A stretch of DNA of 64,000 nucleotides from Heterodontus francisci (lineage: Eukaryota): assembly GCF_036365525.1 (NCBI RefSeq), contig NC_090399.1, positions 31,900,430-31,964,429 on the forward strand. Direction: 5' to 3'. Below the pieces are notes generated by a model. That model was not told the DNA's origin and did no database searches. It saw nothing but the letters and a program-made list of their open reading frames with translations. Positions within the stretch are counted from its first letter, which is position 1, and each line of letters starts with the position of its first letter. Positions 13,233 to 26,600 of this stretch are shown piece after piece. Position numbers and translations under genes: made by a program.

Positions 13233-14049
13233 GCTGTGCTTGATCTCAGAAAATCACGCATAATTGCTCCAAAGTCAACTTGTTCAACTTGCACACCTGT
13301 CTGAAGCGCTTCACACTTAATGAAGTATTTTTGAAGTGTTGCCCCTCACTCAAGAATGTAAGAGACGAAGGGAAAATTTTGGATCTTGCTGCCAGGGTGT
13401 AAAACTGGGGTTGTGAATTGGCCGCTCTTTTTTATATATAAAAACAGCCAGGTTTCAATTCCATTGAAAGTAATGGAGATTCAAATCAGGTGGTTTTTGT
13501 AATGAGCAGCCGTTCCAACACATCAGTTTTATAATAGGGAGTCCAGCTGCAAATCTACCCCATGTGGTCCATTTATTGGAGAGAGAAGCGCCTTGGAACT
13601 GGAAAGAATACCGAAGGCAGACCAAAATCTGAAATCATGGCATTTTTTCAACAATAAATTATTTCCTCAAGTGAATAACATGGGAGCGCAAGGTCAAACT
13701 CAAGGATCATTGAATGCGATTGAAACGATGTTTGCTAGATATACTACAAACTTTAATTCTAATTTTGTGACGAATTTAAACAAAAAAAGTATACTGTTTC
13801 TCCCTGGGCAGTAGCATAAAATGAGCACTATCCTATCGTCTGCTTTAAGAGGCCCACGTAATATTCAGTTTTATTGAGTTTAATGCAAAGGAAAATTGGG
13901 CGGGTACATGATAAAGGCGGTTTTACTCCATCGAAATTAAAGTCAAATCCATTATCTTCAATGGGACTGAACGTCGGTCAGGGAGTATATAGGACAACCG
14001 ATGCAATACAGTCTGTTGTACACTACCGCGCAAGATGAATTTCAACACC

Positions 14050-16260
14050 AGCATGTAACATCGGAAAAGGAGGAGGTCATTCATCCCCTCCAGCATGTTC
14101 TATCATTCTATGAGATCATGGCTGATATGTATCCTAACTTCTTTAACCCGCCTTGGATCTAAATCCTTTAATATCCTCGACTAGCAAACATGATTTGATC
14201 TCATATTTAAAATTATTGCTTGACTAGCATCTACTGCTTCGTGTGGGAGAGACTTCTGCACCTTTACCACCCTTTGACTGAAGAAGTGTTTGTCTCCTGA
14301 ATGGCCTGGGACTGATTTTAAAATACTATCCCTTTGTCCAAGACAACCCACCAGTGGAATATGTTTCTCTCTATACCCCATAAATTGCTTTGGAAATCAT
14401 AAAACCCTCAATCAAATACCCATTAACACTCACTATTCCAGGAAATACAAGCCAAGTTTCGTTTACTTCTCCTCATAAAGCCTTGGAGCCTTGGCATCAT
14501 TCTTGTAACGGTGGTGCATTCGTTCAAAGGTGTGGTGCCAGAAATGTACACAATACTCCAGAATTGGTCGAAGCAGAGTTTTCCATAGCTGTAACAAAAT
14601 TTCCTCCCCGTTAATGTTCTAGCCCTGTAGTTATAAATACTAACATTCCATTATCCTGTTTGGATTTTTTGTACCTGGCCACTACATTTTAATGATCTGT
14701 GTACATGGACCCATAAATCTCCTTACAGTTCTACTTTCTCTGGTTTTCCACAACTCAAATAATGCTCTGATCTATACTTTGAAAATGGATATGCTCACAT
14801 TTGTCTGCGTTCAGCCATCTGCCAGAGTTTTGCCAACTCAATCTATCAATGTCCCTTAGTAATTTTTAGCTCCTGTCTACTTACTATGTCACCTATCTTT
14901 GCATCTTTGGTAGCTTGGATATATGATTATTGTGCTACCTATGTCATTTATAAATATAGTGAAAAGTTAAGACCTCGGCCCAGGTGCTGGTGGAACGCCA
15001 CCTTTTTCGAATCCAAATAATACTGTTACAGTCATGTGGTTAGGGGTGTGGGTGGTTCACATGTTCAAATCCCACCTGACCGCATCAAATGTTTTTGTTA
15101 TTAGGGTTTTAACTCAGTTGTGTTTTATTGGTAAAATAATCAGACAGTGACAGATTTTCTTGTAGGTTTAAAACAGAAGATTAATTATGTATTGATCAAT
15201 ATGCCTTATCCTGAAATTTGTTGCAACCGCGCCCACTCGCGCATTCACTCACATGCGCACACACACACGCATGCACACACACACACACATATACAAAAGA
15301 GACAGATAGAGAGAAAAAAGGGTAAGTTGTTTTCAGGTAAGGTAGGGCTTTGGGGTGCATGGTAAACTTGTTGAACTTTCTTGAAGATCAATTTCTCTTC
15401 AGGTGCAGGACTGGAGTGTTTGTAGATTTCTCTGATGGTTGCAAGTTCAGTTTGAAGATTGGCTCGCTTCCAGTTCTCTACTGCACAAGTTGAAATGTAG
15501 AATTCACAGTGGGTATCTTCCTTTTGCCATGCTGGATTTTTTTCCCAGTTCTCATCTGGACAAACTTTGATGATGATTTTTCTTGGATTTCTCTCTTTCT
15601 GTCTCTCCCCCTCTATGTCTCTCTCTCTCCAAAGAGTTACCCTTTTACCTAAAGGTCTCTCACATCTCCCCCTCTGTTGTCAGACACAGATCTTCCTTCC
15701 TGTGGTGGCCGTCAAAGGCCCAGGATGTGGTTACTTCACACCTTCTTTGTTTCAGAAGAACCCTTTCAATTCAAAAATGTCTCTTGATGGTTCAGGGTGG
15801 GTCACCTTTGGAACATATCCTTCTATTTTGGCGTCACAGTAGACAGCCTTAATACGAAAGGCCAGATCTTGACCTTCAGTGGCCATTTTCAAAGAAAAGC
15901 CATTTTTATAACTATTCAGGTTGTTGATATCCTGTAATCGTCGCCATTTATTTGATCATAACAATTATTTCTAGTCTATGTCTCCAACCACCCAACAAAT
16001 TATCGAACCAGGTTGATAATTTGCTTTTAATTCCACGATCTTTAATTTTAGCTAACAGTCTCTTATATGGACTATTATGGAATGACTTCGTGAAGTCCAC
16101 ATAAACTACATCCTTAGACAATCCCTGTCTACTCCTTTAGTTACTTCTTCAAAAATAGACATGACCTACCTTTTACAAAGCCACGTTTGATTCTCTATAA
16201 ACAGCTCAAATTTCTGTAAATGCTCAGCCACTCTCTCCTTAAATATAGGTTCCAGTTAGA
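14050..16260 (-). mobile_element. Old CR1 LINE fragment interrupted by a solo LTR
   Basis: Degenerate similarity to the other CR1 copies on both sides of 15024-15963. Confidence 0.65.
15024..15963. mobile_element. Probable solo LTR (~940 bp)
   Basis: TGTTA...TAACA inverted termini, internal (CA)n and CT-rich tracts, interrupts a CR1 remnant. No clean TSD seen. Confidence 0.55.
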
Positions 16261-17599
16261 CTGTCCATCTTTCCAGTCGGTCATAATTACTGCGGGAGGT
16301 CAGTGCTGCTTCTGAGCTATTAGTGGTTTGCAGCCATATTTTATTCAGTACCACAGATTTCTTTGGAAGATTCAGAAGATAAAATAGGGCCCAAATCAAA
16401 AATATGCCAAGTTTAATAGGACGCTATGTGTGATAATGAGACTCAGTGTGCAATCTGTGATCAAAGTACCATCTGTTAGCAAAAAGATTACACATATTAG
16501 ATTTTATTAATTCGTTTACTGAACCAACATTGAAAATTTTAACAAAGTGTTATTTACACATTTTGTATTTAAACACTATGATCGCCTTTGTCAGTGGCAT
16601 CTTTACGATCACTCAACAACAGATTTGGTGGATTCATTAGTTGTGAATCAGCACGATTTTTAAACTTTACTTTTCTGGCGCTGAAGTGCTGCTTGCAATC
16701 CCTTTCAAATATAGGCTCCTGTATTTTATATTGTTTCCTTCTTCACTGTTGCATATGATTCAAGTATCTTTTCATGCTGTTTATGATAAAGTAATAAAAC
16801 ATGAAAGTCACCTTAGAAATTAAGGAAAATGTGTTAAAAAGAGAGGATTGAGAGAATGATGAAACATAGCTTGCAAAATTCTTACCAAATATTTGATATG
16901 AATACACAACAGCTTGAAAGTTAATTTAAGATTTGGTTTTGCCTCGACAATATGTTTGGCGAAATTGAAATCCTAGTTATAATTCATGGTCCTCAGTTGT
17001 TACATTGTCATTCAAACCCCTAAAGTGTTTCCATCAAATTTCTTTGTTAGCTACTTTACGGAGGCACGGGACTTTTAGCTTGCTTGGCTTAAAATTTCGC
17101 TGTTAAAGGGGTTTCATACCAAAGTTTTTAAGTGTCAGCACTGCAATAACAACGTATGATTATGTTTTTAACTTGAAACATAGGTAAGGTTAACATCTCT
17201 TTATTAAATCAAAGGAATACAAGCAGCCAACCATTAAATCAAAACTCAGAGTCCATCCCGAGTAGCAAGTGACCTTTTCTGGTCACTCAATCACAGGACA
17301 AATATTAATGCCCTTGTGAAAGGTAACAGAGGCAAACGCGGAAGTTGCAGGATTTGAAGGTGGGTGGTGAAATTCAACAAGTGCAGGTATGCAAAAAAGA
17401 CGGTTGTGCATGGGTGCCCTATTATGCCCTCCGTCTGATATTCAACTCCATTGAATTCAATGGAATGGAATATCAGTCGTATCATATAACGGTCAGCAAA
17501 TTTCATTCTGCCTGTTTTTTCTTTCTCTGTGAATATCCAATTTCACACCCAAAATGAATTAGGTCAGAAATGATACAGAAAAAGGAGGCTTATGTAAGG

Positions 17600-18169
17600 A
17601 ATATAATACAGCAGAGTCAAAGCTGAATATAGAAATTGCAGACGAAATCTAAAAAGGGAAATGAAGAGCAAAGCCAGATTTTGAAAATAGTTTAACTGTT
17701 AACTTATAGGAAATTCAAAAGTGTTTATAAACATAAAAATAATTAAAATGTTATCAAAGGAAGGATGTGGCTGATTAGGGACTATAAACGAAATATTCTT
17801 GTGGAGGCAGAAGGCATGGTTGAGGCACTAAATGGATACTTTGCATTTGTTTTCACTAAATGGGAGGATGCTACCAAGGTAGCAATATACTCAAAAGATT
17901 GGCAGTCCCCAAAGTACAAAAGTCACCCAGTCCAGATTTGACGCATCCTAGGTTAGTGAGGGAAGGAAGAGTTGAAATTGTGGCTGCTTTGGCCATAATC
18001 TTCCAACCCTCCTTATATCAAGAAAAGCAGTGGTCCAACGTACCGACCCATGGGGAACCCCACTGGATACCTGCCTTCAGTCTGAAAAACGATTGACCAC
18101 TACTGTTTCAAGTCACTTAGTGAACCTTGTATACAGTGGTGTCCCTAGGGGTTGGTGTTGGGACCATCG

Positions 18170-18202
<33 letters not shown>

Positions 18203-19610
18203 TATGACCTGCACTTTGATATGCAGGGCATAATTTCAAAGGTTGCAAATGACACCAAAATCAGAAATGTAGTAAACAATGAGGAAGATAATTACAAATC
18301 AAGGAGACATAGACAGATGAGTGACAAGAGCAGGCACATAGACGATGAAATGTAATGCAGAGAAGTGTGAAATTATACATTTTTGTCAGAAAAATATAAA
18401 TTAAATGATACAATTGTAAAGGGGGTGCAGGAACAGATTGACCTGCGGATACATATACACAAATCATTGGAGGTGGCAGGATAAGTTGACAAGTCTGTTG
18501 AAACATCGCAAGGGATCCTCAGCTTTATTAGAAGGCAAAGAGTACAAATGCAAGGAAGTTATGCTGAACCGTTATAAAACCATGTTAAAGCTTATCTGGA
18601 ATTTTGTGTTCAGTTCTGAGTACCACACTTGGGAAAAATGTCAAGGCTTCAGAGACAGTACAGAAGAAATTTCCTACAATGGTGCCATTGGGGGTCTTCA
18701 ATTATGTGGAGACACTGGAGAAACCTGAGTTGTTCTCCTTAGAGCAGAGTTTAAGAGAGGAAATGATAGAGGTGTTCAAAATAATTAACTGTTTTAATAG
18801 AGTTAATAAGGAGAAACTGTTTTCAGTGTCAGAAGAAAGAAAATACATTCATTTATATAGCACCTTGCACAACCACCAGACGTCTCCAAGAACTTTACAG
18901 CCAATGATGTGTTTTTCTTGAAGTGTAATCAGTGTTACACTATAGGAAACGCCACAGTCACAGCATGGTCCCATAAACAGCAATGTGACAATGACCAGAT
19001 AATCTAATTTTGTGAATTTGATTGACAAATAAATATTGGCCAGGACACCAGGGGTAATTCCCCTGTTCTTCTTCCAAATGTGCTTAGTGCTGCGTGATCT
19101 TTTATGTTCACCATAGAGGGCAGACACAGCTTTGGTTTAAGATCTCAGCTGAAATTTGGCATATCCAATGGTGCAGTATTTTCCTTAGTACTGCACTGGA
19201 GTGGCAGACTTAATTTCTATTCTCAATTCCTGGAGTGGGACTTGTACCCCACAGCCTTCAGACTTAGAGGTGAGAATGCTACCAACTGGGTCTTAACTGA
19301 CACATAGTAGGGTTGATAACCAGAGGACAGAAATTCAAGTTGATTGGAAATGAACCACAGGCGACGCAAGTAAACATTTTCTTACACAAGGAGATGCTGT
19401 GATCGGAAAAGCACTGCCTGAAAGGGTGGTCAAGCAGATGAAATATTAACTTACAAAAGTGAATTGGATAAATGCTTCAAGGGAAAACATGTGCAGGACC
19501 AAGTTGTAAAAGAGGCGGTCTGGGATTTGTTGATAGCTCGACCAAAGAGCTGAGACCGGCAGGATGGGCCCAATGGCCTCCTTCTGGTTATATCAAACTG
19601 TGTTTCTATG
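17600..19610 (+). mobile_element. Degenerate, rearranged CR1 LINE with a DeuSINE-like insertion (~18845-19310, minus)
   Basis: ISKVANDTK and ELFSLEQ remnants. The insert matches the SINE at 63010-63580. Confidence 0.7.
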
Positions 19611-20656
19611 ATTTAGGTTTTTAAGAATAAAATATCCACATGCCTCAAAGACAGTTGTCCACTGAGTAGAGGAGCTGCACAGAACAGGCAAGCAAACTTC
19701 AGTTAGACTCTGTTAGGGTTGAGTTTCGGTGACTGAAAGCCATAGAGTTAGGGAGAGAAATTTAGCTAGTTTTTGTGTATCTCCTTGACTCCTAATTGAT
19801 CATGTAATATAGATGGCATGTGTCTGAGACTTCATTGAATACAAGACCGACTCAGACAGGTTTCCTTTCATGGCTAAATTGTTAAATTCAAGGTCAATGT
19901 TCATATGTACAGAATAGTCAATTGACCAAGTCACAAGAGGACGATCATCTCTCCTGGAGCGTCTTCAGGAAAAGGAATGTAATTGAAGAACAGATTTAAT
20001 TATATCTTAGCAGGGAAAGTTGCAGAGTTTTTTGGAGGAGAGGATAATGGTTTGCATATTTCCAAGGTTTTGAAGCGAATTGGCCACGTTTTCCCCTTTA
20101 CTGGAGATGGTGTCATACCAGGTTGCCTCATTTCATTTGTAATTTGAATGAAACCTTGTAAATGCGCTTCCAGAGAGACTGTGGATTAAGGTACTGGATG
20201 AGAAGGCAGCCAACTGCAGGAACCCTAAACTCTGTAATTTCTTCTCTAAGCCTCTCCGTCTCTTTACATCATTCACCTCCTTTGATATTTTCCTGAAAGA
20301 TTACTTGACCAAATTTTTGTTCACCTGTCGGAATATCTCCTCATGAGGCTCAGTGTCACATTTGGTTGATAATCACTGTTGTGCACCGCCATGAGACATT
20401 GTGGTATGTTAAAGGCGTTGTCATATGCACGTTGTTGTTGCTGTTATTGTTAGATGGGATTTACCTCCCAATAGGCTTCATTTTCAAGACGGACTTCTGA
20501 TTTTCCAAAAAATGTTTATGATTTTATTCTGATTTCAAAAGTGGCGTTTTTCACTCTGAAACAGATTTTGTTTTACCTGATATGGGGATTTGTGTCTAAG
20601 TAATACTTCATTAACAGAACATACATTCTCTTCCTCGATTTCAGTAACTTTAAGTT

Positions 20657-23600
20657 TTAATATAAGTCGTTAAAATCAGTCCCATCTACTGAACCAACAA
20701 TATCTGGAAGCAAAGACAACATCTTGATATGAATAATTGACTGTGGAGATTTGTTGCAAATTGAAACGACAGTTCTGGGAAGCAACACTTGGGGAGATTG
20801 GAAGGATGACTTCGGGATGAGGACGAAATTGTTTTCATAACTGAAATGGCCGTGTGAAAACATTCGGTGTGTATAATGTTTATAGCACGCACAAGCATGT
20901 AGTCTGGTTGCACAATATATCCGATCGTTAAATGAGGTGAAACGGAAAGGAATTCTTATTTTTGAACGAAGGGAGATAGTATAATAATAGAAGTGCATTC
21001 TGATATGAACAAGCGTTTTTTTCTCATCAACTATAGCCATAGAGTTAATGTTATCTATGTTAACGGAGTTGTCAGTATTGCAGTTTAACGGATGGTCATA
21101 AAAACCCATCTGGTTCACAAATGTCCTTTAGGGAAGGAAATCTGCGCTCCTTGCCCAGTCTGGCCCATTTGTGACTCCAGACCCACCGCAATGTGGTTGA
21201 CTCTTAACTGGCTTCTGAAATGGCCTAGCAAGACACTCAGTTGCCTCAAGGGCAATTACGGATGGGCAATATGTGCCGGCCATGACAGTGACGCCCACAT
21301 TCCATAAACCAGTCATAAAAATTCCTAACTGGACTAATGAAAGTCGAACAAATGTGTTATTCGTTGCAAAGCTAATATCGGACAATAGTAAGTAGTAATC
21401 AACAAACTGTAACAATCCTTACCATTCGGGGGAATGATGGAATAGACTTCTTCCTCACTGAACCACAAGGGAAGGAGGAAGCAAATCGTTACATTGTTTA
21501 CAAACACTTGGGATATGTCAGACAAAAATAAAGTTTCAAAGTAAAATGTCATTATCTACGCACCATTGAAAAAGTGGGGAAGGGAAGTCTGTGGAAACAC
21601 AAACAGCAAACGAATAAAACATAACTACATAGTAAGACTGCGTTTTAACCATGTATCATTTTCATCATTTGTCTATATTAATTAATATATATTTATTTAC
21701 GGGCAGTGAGGATGGGAAGAACATACTGCAGTCGGCTAACATACTGTTCTTTCATTATGGAATCTAGTTGCATTCCAACTCAAACTGGCAGATGAGCGTA
21801 TGCAGTATCCATTACTGGAAAGGCAATATAAAAATTTAGTTTCAATCCATAATCCAATGGACGTGGTTGAACTGAGTTTCAATCCATAATCCAATGGACG
21901 TGGTTGAACTGAGTTTCAATCCATAATCCAATGGACGTGGTTGAACTGAGTTTCAATCCATAATCCAATGGACGTGGTTGAACTGAATAGGAAATGAATA
22001 TTACATTAGCAAACAAACCACTGTTACTGAGTAATTTACTCATGTAAAATACTGAAGCCTCATTGAACATTGTCATTTGGGAAAATTCTTTAATTGGTGA
22101 TGCTCACCATCCAGGTTAACTTCATGATAGAGCGGGTCATTCCTGGGTGATAAGAAACAAAGAAGAGGTCAGTGCCACTGCACATTTAGTCAAACTGCAG
22201 AGCAATTCGAATAAAAAAGGCAGGAAGCTTTAACTCTGAGATTCGCCCACCTTTCCAGTGGAAGAGGAACATCTGCAAAAGTAAAAAGAACAATGAAATA
22301 CTTGTAACGTTAATGCAATCCGGCTAAAGATACTTTGAAAAAAGGAGACTGTTCCGACGGGTGGGTGGGTCAGTAACCAAAGGATATAGATGTAAAATAT
22401 TTGGTAAATTACCAGAGGGGAACAGAGGAGATTTTATTCGGCTGTGTTTGCTGATAACACAAGCACTAGATGGCGCAGTATTAAAATATGAGCAATTGCA
22501 ACCTGATCAACAAACGTCGCTGTCTGCGACGTCTCAGGCAGCTGCCAGTAATAAAAATGGCTCAATTTGGCACTGTAAAACGAATGGAACCCAAGCTCCC
22601 TCACCCCACAATGGCTATGATCGCCACCTCCACTCCCTCAATCGCCGCAGTTTCCCGCTGCCTGCCGCAAACGCCACTTCTTGTCCCCTCTCCCTCCTGC
22701 GCCCGCCTTCTCTCCGCTCTCTCCTGCCACTTCAGACTGCGCCCTGCCATTCTCTCCCGTGCCTGTCTGCTCGCTCCCTCCCACCGCCCGCTCACCACCT
22801 CGCCACCAGCAGAAATGGCAGGGGGTGGAGGGGGAAGCGAGCCGGGTGCTGGCAGCGAGCGGGGTGATGGAGCGGCGAGCAAGTAGGGGCAGTCTTGAGC
22901 AGGCAGGAGCGGGAGAGAATGGCAGGAGGGAGTAGGGAAAAGAAGCGTCGATTGAGGCGCTGACCGCGGGAGGGTGCGGGCTGCTGTTGGAGCGGATGGA
23001 GGCAGCGACCGCGGCCATGGAGGGGTGAAGCAACAGTCTGACTTCATTCCGTCTGACGCCATTACACGATTTTGTCAGACCCATACTGGCAAGCTGGCAA
23101 ATGTTCTGATGCACTGATAGCGTCCATGACTGTTCTGTGCATGCTCTGCGTTGTCAGGAGACACTTTTTAATGCAGAGAGTTGTTATGCTATGGAATGCA
23201 CTATCTGAAGGAATGGTGGAAGCAGATTGACGGCCAGCCAGTGAGCTGAAAATTAGCCCAAAGTGCCACTCACACCCACATTTTTCGGCAGTGGTCATTG
23301 GATAATATTTGTGGGCTGGAATCCAGTCTGACCTTTCCACCTACTTAGCCTAGAACAGGTAATACCGAGACTAATTGTATCACACAATCACCAGTCCCAG
23401 TGAGTAAGTTAGTTCAGCGCATGTCATAGAGCAACCATGGGATCACTCCGGTGCATTAGACACAGTAGTAAGACTGGGCAGTGCATGTACTCTCTAAACC
23501 GACTCTCCATTGAGAAGTGGGCTCAACATGATGAATGTGCTTTACTCATCAGCTGGGTTAATTTCATCATAGCCGGAGCAAGTGGTGTCCATACAGGGTC

Positions 23601-26600
23601 TGGAAAAGCTAAAGCAAAATCACATAGTAATGAACCCAAAACCCAGATCATTATAAAAAAAAGTCTCTTACTGTCATTACCACAAAATAACCTTTGGAAA
23701 AATAAATATTTATCCTTTGATGCAAACAAAACAAACACATTTAATACGATTTAATGAAATTTAAATTGTATACATCTCTTATGTCCTCCCAGCAACAATA
23801 ATCAATAAAACTATTGAAGTACTTTTCTAATAATAAATGTTATTTAAAAATGTGTAAAGGACAATTTAAACACATTGACCAGTTAAATAGATATAACTAA
23901 TACTCACTATTAACTTGAATGCTACTGCAAGGCACAATATTGCTTTGGAACCAATAGGAAAAAAGGAAATCAATGTCACTTGATTGAATATCTAAATACA
24001 CATCACTTTAACTAAATAACACTCTGCACTTCGATATTCACTGACCTTTGTAACACTGCAGGCTCGGGGACTGCTGAAATCGAAGGTGATGGAGAAAGTG
24101 TTACAACTTTGCTGCGTACGGCATAACTTTTTTCTTATTTATAAGTCACAGTGTTCAAACCACAATCCGGCCTCGATCATCTCATGGTTTCAACTGAACG
24201 TTACCAGTATTGTTTACCTACTCAAACTCTATACATATTCAAATGCTTAGTATTAAATATATAAGTATTTGACGTAATTTCTGAGCGTAAGCTATATGCA
24301 GCTGACTGCAGCTCACAAATGTAAAAATAATAGCCTGAAAATGATATCTAGGGAGGGACACTTGCCGTATTACTAGATATGGAAACATTCGGATTCTATT
24401 TTAACAATAAGCAACCATTAATAATGCAGAAAGATCAATATCACACGAGCCCATTAACGGCCCATTCGCTAATGTCACCTGGACTGCTTCATAACCCATC
24501 ATGCAAACATGTCCATAGTAGTAAAATAATGCAACTTAAACAAGTCACTTACGAGCTAAAGAGATAGCGTCAAAAATCCAATCATTCCTTCTGAATCACA
24601 AACAGAAAAAGCGCATTATCGATCAATGCAAAAATTATTGTTAAAAAAGAGGGGATTTACAGTGGGGAAGATTTACCAACCTCTGAAATTGTAGGCCACG
24701 AACTGTAGAAAGAAAAATTGACAGAGAAAAGTAACAGTTTGTATCTGACCATATCGAAGACATCAGTAAGAACCAAATGTCACTGCATTAGTTTGCATTT
24801 GTATGAATGTATCTATTTTATGGATATATCTGCAAGCGGAATGCTGTCCCTTATAAGAGTTACCTTTTGTCAGATAGTAACATGAGGAGAACAGAATGAA
24901 AGCTCCCAAAGCTCCGGCACTGACATACACGAATGTGTAGCGAGTCTGTGATTCGCTGGGTTTCTGTGTAGACGCTTCCAGCGAAAGCTTGCCCAGGCAG
25001 AAGAAAACAAGAGATTGTTGCCCCAGGACATCACTTCCTATCTCCCTTTCTCCACTGCAGATGAATATACAGTGTGCCCCAACACCAACATCTCCATCAA
25101 TTATAATGAGATTTAATTTCAATGGATGAAGAAAACTGCAGATGTCGTGCTGATTTTTGTGCTGATTTTTCCATTCGCCCCTGTATTTGTTAATTGGTCT
25201 TCTTATGTGTAGTTACGTGTGTGCGTTTTTTAAGAGTTTAAGAACTAATTTTTGATGTTATGAAATTCAGTAGTTATCGTGACAAAAAAGCCTAACGATT
25301 ATAAATTCGCAATAGTTGTCAATATTCTCCGGGAGAGGTGTTGGCTGTGTATGACTCTGAATGTTTGCATATGCGCCAGTGGTCTCTGTGCAAGCGTGAT
25401 CTACAGAGAGACGGGTGGTGAGACTGACACTGGTAGAAAACCTTGCAAGTTATGATGGAGCGGTAAAGAAATCCCAATTGTTTTCCTCGTTCCCTGGGAA
25501 ACATATTCATTTTGAAAAGTCTACCTCTACCTTGTCTACACCCTCTGTGTGTATGTATATATGTGTGTGTGTATCTGTGTGCAAACTATCATAACTGCTT
25601 CATAAACAGTTTGGTGATTTGACGGAAACAATAATTAAACACAAGCGGTTGACTGATATACACGTGCACCTTGACATAGAGAGAGAATGTTATCCTCATT
25701 TTCACTATGCTAATCTATTTTCATTACATGTAAGACCCGCGGTGCCTCCGCCCTTACCGAGTAAGCGACTGACCGACCTAGTGATTATAATGAAGTGTCA
25801 ACTCACGCACTACATTAAGTGTTGTTCCTTGACCTTGTTTTTCCTGAAATCCCATTAGTTCCACTTTGCAGTAATATATCCCTGAATCGTAATGTCTCAG
25901 ATCTGTTATATTAATGGAAGCGTCCCTTTTCCCTTTGAAATCGTCTGCACTTGCCCGAGTTATTCGCCCACTGTATTCCACAGCTTGGTCGGTGACTTCA
26001 GCTCCGTCTTCCGTGTTTTTGAACCATTTGAACACACCGACTCCTGAAGGGCCTTCATACGTGCAGTTGAGGATCACCGACTGCCCCTCAGTGGCACTAA
26101 TGAAGGGTGGGGTTTGAATAACTCTGATGCTGTAGTCTGCAGGAACTCCTGCCAATATATGAATTGGGATAATTTCTGAATAACAAGACACTCCTTATTT
26201 CACATAATGAAAATGAACGTCAAAACAAACAACCAAACGCTCAAGATCCTGGAAGCCTCTAGTGAAGAGTCCACAGAGACTGCGCTTATCCAGAAAGCCA
26301 GAGAGAGTTTCTAGAAATGGGAAATTTGACCCTGTTGGTTGGGTGCATTTTTCAGAGACCCCGCGTCCCAGCTGGGGCCTGAGACTTGCGGAGGGCTCAC
26401 AGGAAAATCTCCGGCGCAGAGACAACCATTTCCAACAGCTCGCTTTGGTCGACAGAAATCGCAGTTGATGAGCCCAGAATTTCCCCAGAAACCTTCCACT
26501 GCAGGAGTGGTGACGCCGAGCCTCGGGGATTCATCCTATCGGGGTCGGTTTTCATCGTTACCGCCTGGGCGTCGGGAAAATCTAGGGGGAGATTCCCATG

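Noticed and set aside
20657-21118. 153-aa ORF as the gene A terminal exon
   Set aside because: It begins in a SINE. Only the last 47 nt follow a strong acceptor and fit the phase.
21838-21986. CRISPR-like 37-bp repeat
   Set aside because: The units are contiguous with no spacers, there are no cas genes, and the context is a eukaryotic intron.
22361-23114. Cluster of 130-170-aa ORFs on both strands
   Set aside because: GC-rich low-complexity insertion with no recognisable domain.
24061-24115. Plus-strand exon-like segment (cag|GCTCGG...TGC|gtacgg)
   Set aside because: No partner exons on the plus strand. The minus-strand 28-nt exon has a stronger acceptor and fits gene A phases.
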